This document shows, in pieces, positions 5,772 to 12,464 of a DNA stretch of 12,464 nucleotides. The stretch spans positions 1-12,464 of the forward strand of contig JBHLME010000132.1 in the NCBI GenBank assembly GCA_048938445.1. Reading direction: 5' to 3'. The DNA comes from Promethearchaeota archaeon. GTDB lineage: Archaea; Asgardarchaeota; Lokiarchaeia; Sigyniarchaeales; SOKP01. Position numbers and translations under genes: made by a program. Below the pieces are notes generated by a model. The model saw only the letters and a program-made list of their open reading frames with translations. It was not told the DNA's origin and searched no databases. Within the stretch, counting starts at the first letter, position 1; each line of letters opens with the position of its first letter.

Positions 5772-7133
5772 TTATGTTCTTTTCTTTCTTAAACGAACTA
5801 TGCCTAATACTATAATTGTTATGATTCCAGTGCCTCCAATTATACTCCCTATTATTATGAAGAACAAGAGATCAGGTATCTGAGGACCATCGTCAGATGT
5901 ATCAAATGTAAATTTTATCAAGCGCAAATCCCAACCCGTCTCCCAACCATTATGACTAAATCCAGTAACATATATGTTACCTAACGAGTCCATAGTCATT
6001 CCATATGCCGAATCGTCTAAACTTCCCCCCCACGTGTAGTTCCATTCCACTCCTCCCGTGGTGTTAAATTTCACCAAGCACATATCACCAGAAAGCGCTT
6101 CAAAACTCTCCGTATATCCAGCAACATATATGTTGCCCGACGAGTCCAAGACAACCTCACTCCCACTATCATCTCCACTTCCACCCCACGTGTAATTCCA
6201 TTCCACTCCTCCCGTTGGATTAAATTTCACCAAGCATATGTCATAACCAATCACTCCAAAACTCTCCGTAGATCCGACAATATATGCATTGCCCGACGAA
6301 TCTAAGGCTATTCCCCTCCCATAATCATCTCCACTTCCTCCCCACGTGTAATTCCATTCCACTCCTCCCGTGGTGTTAAATTTCACCAAGCACATGTCAT
6401 AACCAATCGCTCCAAAACTCTCCGTAGATCCGACAACATATGCATTGCCCGACGAGTCCAAGACAACCTCAGTCCCATAATCATCTCCACTTCCACCCCA
6501 CGTGTAGTTTCTTTCCACTCCTCCTATTGAATTAAATTTCACTAAACACATGTCATCATTATACGCTTCAACTCTCACCGTAGATCCGACAATATATGCA
6601 TTGCCCGACGAATCTAAGGCTATTCCCCTCCCATAATCATATCCGCTTCCACCCCACGTGTGATTCCATTCCACGCCACCTGTTGGATTGAATTTTACCA
6701 AACAAATATCAGTACCAAGCGTTCCAAAACTATTCGTCCATCCGGCAACATATGCATTGCCCGATGAGTCCAAGGCTATACCGGTCCCATCATCATCTCC
6801 ACCCCCTCCCCACGTGTGATTCCATACCACACCCAGTGAATTAAATTTTACCAAGCATATGTCCATATTAACAGCTCCAAAACTATTCGTATATCCGGCA
6901 ACATATGCATTGCCCGATAAGTCTATGGCCACATCTAACCCAACATCAACTCCAATTCCACCCCAGGTGTGATTCCATTCCATTTTAGGAGGTGAAGCTG
7001 TTTTAATGACTTTTTTAGAAATGGTATCAGCAAACATTCTATTGTTGTTAAAATTGAGTATGGGACCGCTTAATAATACTAAAGTCACTCCAAATAGGAT
7101 TAAAAATTTAATTTTTAAATGCTTTTTTTTCAA
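5772..7133 (-). CDS. Secreted, membrane-anchored SBBP-repeat 7-bladed beta-propeller protein
   Basis: TTG start after SD AGGTGA. Basic+hydrophobic N-terminal signal, seven ~52-aa 'WNxTWGG..D.G...LDSSGNAYVxG...D.CLVKFN' repeats, and a C-terminal TM helix followed by RLRKKRT. Confidence 0.9.
   Translation of the reverse strand: MKKKHLKIKFLILFGVTLVLLSGPILNFNNNRMFADTISKKVIKTASPPKMEWNHTWGGIGVDVGLDVAIDLSGNAYVAGYTNSFGAVNMDICLVKFNSLGVVWNHTWGGGGDDDGTGIALDSSGNAYVAGWTNSFGTLGTDICLVKFNPTGGVEWNHTWGGSGYDYGRGIALDSSGNAYIVGSTVRVEAYNDDMCLVKFNSIGGVERNYTWGGSGDDYGTEVVLDSSGNAYVVGSTESFGAIGYDMCLVKFNTTGGVEWNYTWGGSGDDYGRGIALDSSGNAYIVGSTESFGVIGYDICLVKFNPTGGVEWNYTWGGSGDDSGSEVVLDSSGNIYVAGYTESFEALSGDMCLVKFNTTGGVEWNYTWGGSLDDSAYGMTMDSLGNIYVTGFSHNGWETGWDLRLIKFTFDTSDDGPQIPDLLFFIIIGSIIGGTGIITIIVLGIVRLRKKRT
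5910..6980. repeat. Coding tandem repeat, 156-bp unit x7
   Basis: CACGTG anchor at 6031, 6187, 6343, 6499, 6655 and 6811 (period 156), and CAGGTG at 6964. Confidence 0.9.
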
Positions 7134-7509
7134 TTGATTTCACCTTGTATATTGTAAAAAATATATATGTTAAGGACACAACATGTTCCTATTTAAAACT
7201 GATAGGACTAAAATTTTACAAATCTGTAAAAGGATTTTAGAAGCTGAGAAATAAGGAATTTTATAAAAAAAAAAGAAAATCATTAGGTACATTTAATAAA
7301 ATAAAGTGGAATAATGGACGTTCTCATTTTTACTTTATAATATTTTTTTGACCAAATAAGTCTATATGGTTTACAATAAAGTAGCTCCTAACCTTTTTTA
7401 AAACCGATACACTTTAATCATTCGATTAATTCCTAACTTAATAAAGTTAATTATATATAGATTAATGATTCATATTTTAATAGAGAACTCATAATTTTTA
7501 TGATCAAGC

Positions 7510-9417
7510 ATGAGTGAGGAAATATTTAATTCGACAATACAGGAAATCAAGAACATGTTTCAATTTCTAACGGAACAAGAACCTACGCCAGATGATGAAA
7601 TTGAAGCGAGGGAAAAATTGATAATTTTATTTAAGACATTAAAACAAAATAACTCTCATCTAGAAATCAACGATTTTATTCACCAAGTTATCAATGATTT
7701 GGAAGAATGGGATACTTTAGAATTGTGGTTTAAGGAAGTTGAGAGTTTAATAGCAGGAATTCAAAAAATATTGGATTTTGCCTTAAAAGAAAAGGAATCA
7801 GAAACCATTGTGCTTGATATTGATACTTCAGAATCATCAACTGATTCAACGAAACTTGCAATTGATTCTAGTGCAGAACTCATTGATATAGTTGCCCAAG
7901 TATCAGAACAATTTAAGGGACAAATTGAAAGTTTGAAAGAAAAAATTGAAGCTCTTCAGGTGGAACTAGATAAAAAAACTGAAATAATTGAAGAAATTAA
8001 AGAAGATCAAGCAGAATTAAGTGAAGAGGTTCCTATTGATGAATATGAAGATGAAATTATTGAAGAATTTCAAGAATCTAGTTCCGAAAGCAAAACTACT
8101 AAACTTGAACCTCCAAAAATTCACATTCCTCAATTTAAGATCCCACCCCCAATACCTGAAAGTGAAGATGTCACATCAGAGTTATCTGAAAGCGAGGAGA
8201 TCCAATTAGGTATATCTGAAAGTAAAGAAATTCCGATAGAATTATCTCATATGCAAGAGGCTTTACAAGAATTATCAAATATGGAAGAAACTTTACAAGA
8301 ATTAACTGAATCGGATGAGGTTTCAAAAAAATTATCAATTCTTCCAGAAGTCCAAGAAGAAGATGTTGAATTTACGGAGATCCCTATGCCCCCACCAGAT
8401 TTAAAAAAAGTGCCAGAATCACTATCAGAGATTCCCAAAATCGATGAAGAGGAGGAGTTAACATTATCGGAGATCCCTAAAATGGTTCCATCAGAGATTA
8501 AAGATGAGCCAAAAAGACAATTAATCACTCCGGAAGTAATCGAAGAAGAAGCTATTGTGACAGAAGTCCCTCAAATTCCTACAAAAGATATTGAGACAGA
8601 AATAGATCAACCTATAACTGCTCCAGAAATAAAAGAAGATTCCATGGAATTTATAGCAATTCCACAAAAGAAAGAAGCTGATGCTATTACACCCTCAAAA
8701 AAGAAATCAATAGTTCTTGATGTAATAGAAGAAACCCCTTCAAAATCAAATTCATTAGAAAGTTCATTATTCTTGCCGGGAAGCACCAAGACTGAAGAAA
8801 AAGGTCCTGAATCTCTTGATTCTTCTGGAGAGAGTTCAAGAAAGGAAGATGATGCTATATTCATGCTAAAAAAACCTTCTGTAAAACTTGATGAAATTGA
8901 AACTGATTCCATAAAAACAACTAGAAAAGATTTATTTGATGTTTTTTCCTCTTTCCCAGAACAAGGAAATGAGGTTACTGAGATTACGGAAATTCAAGAT
9001 ACTAAAATCAAACCAAAAAAAGAAGCTGGAGAAAAGAGTAAAAAAAAGAAGAAAAAAGATATTCCTGAAGAAAAACCACATAAGAAAGACAAGAAAAAAG
9101 AAAAATCTAAAAAAGAAGAGAAACCAACACAATTGACTGAAGTAGTTATAAAAGAAATGGATTTTAGCCATAAAAAAGAACCTTCAATAGACTATGATAA
9201 TTTACCAAATGATAAGGATTTACTATATCAAGACCTTATTGCCCTTGAAGGAAAACGGTATAAAGTTGAAAAGAATTTTAAAGAACTTAAAACAATGTTT
9301 ACTAATAGAAACATAGATGAAAAGGAGTTTAGAAAACAAAGTAGTAAATTAAGTTCAAATTTAAAGGAAATTTCAGCTAATATAACCAAAATAAGAAACA
9401 CTATAGCTAAATTATAG
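7510..9417 (+). CDS. Hypothetical acidic, low-complexity protein with helical N-terminus, coiled coils and Lys-rich tract
   Basis: 635-aa uninterrupted ORF. Coiled coil 'QFKGQIESLKEKIEALQVELDKK', Glu/Pro/Ile/Ser-rich centre, 'KSKKKKKK' tract, helical C-terminal ~70 aa. Confidence 0.85.
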   Translation: MSEEIFNSTIQEIKNMFQFLTEQEPTPDDEIEAREKLIILFKTLKQNNSHLEINDFIHQVINDLEEWDTLELWFKEVESLIAGIQKILDFALKEKESETIVLDIDTSESSTDSTKLAIDSSAELIDIVAQVSEQFKGQIESLKEKIEALQVELDKKTEIIEEIKEDQAELSEEVPIDEYEDEIIEEFQESSSESKTTKLEPPKIHIPQFKIPPPIPESEDVTSELSESEEIQLGISESKEIPIELSHMQEALQELSNMEETLQELTESDEVSKKLSILPEVQEEDVEFTEIPMPPPDLKKVPESLSEIPKIDEEEELTLSEIPKMVPSEIKDEPKRQLITPEVIEEEAIVTEVPQIPTKDIETEIDQPITAPEIKEDSMEFIAIPQKKEADAITPSKKKSIVLDVIEETPSKSNSLESSLFLPGSTKTEEKGPESLDSSGESSRKEDDAIFMLKKPSVKLDEIETDSIKTTRKDLFDVFSSFPEQGNEVTEITEIQDTKIKPKKEAGEKSKKKKKKDIPEEKPHKKDKKKEKSKKEEKPTQLTEVVIKEMDFSHKKEPSIDYDNLPNDKDLLYQDLIALEGKRYKVEKNFKELKTMFTNRNIDEKEFRKQSSKLSSNLKEISANITKIRNTIAKL

Positions 9418-9422
9418 TTTAA

Positions 9423-10181
9423 TTAAAAGATTTTGAAATATGGTGGCATCTTTAGTTTATGTTCTGCCATATCCATCATTTTTTTAACTTTTTCAACATC
9501 ATTTTTATTAAGATCATCCAATTCCAAATTATAATCCAGCCGGTAGATTATTTCATCTAAAACATTGTATGTTAATCCAATCTCACCTTCATCAGTTTGA
9601 CCCTCCCATAATCCAGCCGAAGGTGCTTTATTGATGATTACTTCTGGAATTTTTAGTACTTCTGCAACTTCACGAACTTCACACTTATAAAGTGCTCCAA
9701 TTGGTTCGAAATCAACACCTCCATCACCATATTTAGTAAAATATCCTATAGCTAATTCTGTCCTGTTTCCTGTCCCTGCAACGAGATAATTTTCTAATGA
9801 TTGAGCAATAAAATAATTTGTTAACATCCTTAACCTAGGTTTAACGTTTGCCATTGCCATTTTATTTGGTTGGATTTTAGGCGTCATAGTTTCAATGAAT
9901 TCATTAAAAACTGAAGTCAAGTCTAATTTTTCAAATTTTACTTCTAAAAGATCAGCAACCAATCTCGCATCATCAAAATCTTGATCAATAGATTCACAGG
10001 GAAGACTAAATGTAACGACATTTTCTCTACCTATTGCATTGACACATAAAGCAGCAGTCGTAGCACTATCTATTCCTCCACTAAGGCTTACAACTACTCC
10101 CCTAGCATTCGCATGTTCTATATATTCCTTTATCCATTTTTCAATATGTCTTGTTAATTTTACATAATCAATCTTTCTCAT
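9423..10181 (-). CDS. nadE: NH3-dependent NAD+ synthetase
   Basis: PP-loop 'SLSGGIDS', 'ANVKPRLRM', 'GTGNRTELAIGYFTKYGDGG' and 'KAPSAGLWEGQTDE'. At 252 aa it has no glutaminase domain. Confidence 0.97.
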   Translation of the reverse strand: MRKIDYVKLTRHIEKWIKEYIEHANARGVVVSLSGGIDSATTAALCVNAIGRENVVTFSLPCESIDQDFDDARLVADLLEVKFEKLDLTSVFNEFIETMTPKIQPNKMAMANVKPRLRMLTNYFIAQSLENYLVAGTGNRTELAIGYFTKYGDGGVDFEPIGALYKCEVREVAEVLKIPEVIINKAPSAGLWEGQTDEGEIGLTYNVLDEIIYRLDYNLELDDLNKNDVEKVKKMMDMAEHKLKMPPYFKIF

Positions 10182-10338
10182 GCTGAGTCTTCATCTTTTT
10201 AGATAGATATTTATAAGAAATATTATATTTGAAACTTTTTTATATAATTAGTATTACTAATATTATAACATTTTTTTTAAATTAAAATGGTTTTTAAACT
10301 AAAGATCAAATAGTATAGTAAAAAAGTGAGCTTGATAG

Positions 10339-10758
10339 ATGGCAGAAGAGTTTAAGAAGATTGTAGATACTTCTTTTGATAAAGGCATCACGCCTTTTTG
10401 GATTTATACCTCTGATTATGTTTATGGAATGGTACCTGCAGATCCAAGTGGTAATCGTTGGATTGAAGTATCATATACATATGAAGATCCTGATGAACCC
10501 CTTGTTACAACTGAACGTGCAGCAGATTTGAGTTACCAATTTTTATTTGAAGAATTAGGCAAAGGAATTAGTTTTTACGTCGATGATTTTAAAGTAATTG
10601 ATATAAAAGAATTTGCTAAAGGTTTAGAAGGAAAATCAGGCTCAGAGAAAATTCAAGCTATTACCCAAGAGTTAATCAACAATTCTGGGGCGTATGCGGC
10701 TAGTTTTCCTATTATTAAGAGTAAAGATGAATTAGGAAAATTAAAAGAAAAGCTATAA
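10339..10758 (+). CDS. Hypothetical protein
   Basis: 139-aa ORF with globular composition, divergent from nadE, no motif recognised. Confidence 0.8.
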   Translation: MAEEFKKIVDTSFDKGITPFWIYTSDYVYGMVPADPSGNRWIEVSYTYEDPDEPLVTTERAADLSYQFLFEELGKGISFYVDDFKVIDIKEFAKGLEGKSGSEKIQAITQELINNSGAYAASFPIIKSKDELGKLKEKL

Positions 10759-10808
10759 TCCTCTTATATTTATATCTTTCCTTATTTCAAGCCATATTCA
10801 TGTCTTTT

Positions 10809-11306
10809 CTAAATATAAAGATTTTTTCGTTGAGGGTGTTTTTTAGTGAATTCTTCATCAATCTTTCTTGCCATTTGAAAATCTAAATTGGGATCTCGTT
10901 CTCCGATTACTTTTTTTAAATGATTTCCATGTTTTTGAGAATATTTTTCAATTCCAGCGGCAATCACGTTCTGATCTTTTTGAATAGGGACTACCATCCC
11001 AAAAAAACGAAGCATGTCATCAGGTGATAATTTTTTTCCTATCTGTTCATCTATATCCTTGTCAATATTTCTTATTATAGAACCCATTGATAATGAAGAA
11101 TAAGGATTTATTTGTTTAGATTTTAACCAATAAGCATTTGGTTTCTTAGTAATAAATGTATCTGTATTTCCGTCCTTATCTCTTGAACTTATGACTCGCC
11201 AATCTTTTTTATCGGAATTATCATAATCTTTTTTCATCTTTTTGACTACAGATGAAACTGGTTTTACTTGTAAATCTTCTTCTATTTCTTTTTCCTTACT
11301 AGTCAT
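10809..11306 (-). CDS. Hypothetical basic protein (165 aa, start MTSKEKE)
   Basis: ATG at 11306 follows AGGGA. The extension to the TTG at 11378 is AT-rich and looks intergenic. Confidence 0.75.
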   Translation of the reverse strand: MTSKEKEIEEDLQVKPVSSVVKKMKKDYDNSDKKDWRVISSRDKDGNTDTFITKKPNAYWLKSKQINPYSSLSMGSIIRNIDKDIDEQIGKKLSPDDMLRFFGMVVPIQKDQNVIAAGIEKYSQKHGNHLKKVIGERDPNLDFQMARKIDEEFTKKHPQRKNLYI

Positions 11307-11441
11307 TGTCCCTATTATATAAAATAAAATCAAGTATAAAAATATAAAGATAATTATCAAGAAGCAATTGTTATCCAAAAATTATAGGTTTCTTAAATTT
11401 TAATTAAAAAATATTTTATAAAATATATGAAAAAATAGAAT

Positions 11442-12128
11442 TTATAGAATTTCTAAAGAAATATCGACATAAGATCCTTCAATGTCTTTTGATCTATGAA
11501 TTTTCTTGACATTACATTCAACTTCTTGATGCAAGATCTGTAAATATATACTTTCAACAAATCCACAAGCAAAGTAGAAAAAATATGTTAAATCCCGAGA
11601 AGGATCTAAAAAGTCTAAATTTTTTAATCTATATATAGCTTTATTCTCTTTGAGCTCCAACAGTATAACTTCAACATTATCGTTTACTACATCAAAAGAG
11701 TTATAATATTCTTCAAATAATTTTAATTGAACATTAGGATCAGATAAATTTCTTAATATATCATATTCGTTGACCATCTCGATTGAAATTGGATAATGGA
11801 AATCTTCTAGAACCATCTTACCAACTTCTTTAAAAGTACTCTCTTTATTAGGAAACTGATCTTTCAAACTTCTAAAAAGAGCTTGGATAAACAAAGATAA
11901 TAAATCCCTTTTTACATATTTCCTTCTCTTAGATACATACACGCGTGCAGCGCTAATTTCTTTTTTATAGACTAAATCTTCCGCTTCTAAAATATTTAGG
12001 TATTTTGAAACCGTATTGCGATGAAAACCTGTTTTTTCTGAAATTTCTGTAATTGTTAAACCCATTAAAGCGGTATCCAATTTTTTCATTATGATTGTTT
12101 TATAATTATTTGCTTTTTTAGATTCCAT
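11442..12128 (-). CDS. Winged-HTH transcriptional regulator with C-terminal V4R-like ligand-binding domain
   Basis: HTH 'GLTITEISEKTGFHRNTVSKYLNILEAEDLVYKKEISAARVY'. The C-terminus 'FKEVGK...FYFACGFVESIY...EVECNVKKI' has a V4R/HNOB-like pattern. Confidence 0.8.
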   Translation of the reverse strand: MESKKANNYKTIIMKKLDTALMGLTITEISEKTGFHRNTVSKYLNILEAEDLVYKKEISAARVYVSKRRKYVKRDLLSLFIQALFRSLKDQFPNKESTFKEVGKMVLEDFHYPISIEMVNEYDILRNLSDPNVQLKLFEEYYNSFDVVNDNVEVILLELKENKAIYRLKNLDFLDPSRDLTYFFYFACGFVESIYLQILHQEVECNVKKIHRSKDIEGSYVDISLEIL

Positions 12129-12261
12129 TGTGAATTAAATGATTATTTATTTAAAATTGTAATAGGAATAATGATCTTATCATGTTATATTTTTATTAAT
12201 AATTTCATGTCTAAAATATTTATTTTAGGAGTATTATTCCACATCTATGAAAATTATTCAA

Positions 12262-12294
12262 TAGTGAAGTGCACTACTGCACAACACTTAAATA
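12262..12294 (+). promoter_or_regulatory. Operator-like TGCAC repeats abutting a TATA-box candidate
   Basis: AGTGCACT palindrome at 12268-12275, TGCACTAC/TGCACAAC direct repeat at 12270-12285, TTAAATA at 12288-12294. Confidence 0.5.
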
Positions 12295-12383
12295 TAATGA
12301 AAATCAAATTAAATAATTAGCTATATTTACAAATTTGTATCATAGCTAAACTATTGTTTTAACGAAAGAGAAGTGTAAAAAAG

Positions 12384-12464
12384 ATGATTAAAAATAAAAT
12401 TTTATTATCTACTCCCGTATTTCCATATCCTACCTTACCCGCTAATGATTCACTTACCGATGCC
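12384..12464 (+). CDS. 5' end of a CDS running off the window (MIKNKILLSTPVFPYPTLPANDSLTDA...)
   Basis: ATG at 12384, open for 27 codons to the edge. The 'KILLSTP..PY' start resembles B12-binding radical SAM proteins, but it is too short to assign. Confidence 0.6.
   Translation, partial: MIKNKILLSTPVFPYPTLPANDSLTDA

Noticed and set aside
5772-7133. Propeller repeats as a diversity-generating retroelement template/variable pair
   Set aside because: The differences are not adenine-specific, all repeats are in-frame coding blades and no reverse transcriptase is present
8021-9171. ORFs 8021-8209, 8247-8528, 8607-8912, 8932-9171 and 8936-9136
   Set aside because: Alternate-frame or antisense artefacts of the low-complexity 635-aa gene
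11307-11378. Hydrophobic N-terminal extension (apparent TM helix) of the 189-aa ORF
   Set aside because: Likely translation of AT-rich promoter DNA from a TTG. The ATG at 11306 with an SD-like AGGGA is the better start.

Overview
AT-rich, gene-dense window that is most consistent with an Asgard archaeon (Lokiarchaeia/Promethearchaeota-like). This assignment is inferred from archaeal TATA-like boxes, GGTG(A) Shine-Dalgarno motifs, a wHTH+V4R-like regulator, an SBBP beta-propeller membrane protein and a long acidic coiled-coil protein. There are 13 well-supported complete CDS: STAS/SEC14-like, GPP34/GOLPH3-like, ribbon-helix-helix protein, double-hotdog (MaoC-like), flavodoxin-like, tandem degenerate receiver, ICMT/PEMT-family methyltransferase, 7-bladed SBBP propeller, 635-aa disordered protein, nadE, two hypotheticals and the wHTH-V4R regulator. 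One further CDS is truncated at the right edge. The most unusual part is 150-2444. Two copies of an ungapped 59-bp non-coding repeat bracket the STAS/SEC14, GPP34 and RHH genes. The RHH promoter carries four tandem GATC-containing 9-mers that include a perfect 22-bp palindrome, with related sites downstream of the gene. A GC-enriched, potentially structured ~105-nt island lies between the convergent STAS and GPP34 genes. No CRISPR array, rRNA, intact tRNA or transposase was seen. Family assignments come from motif recognition by eye, not from database searches.
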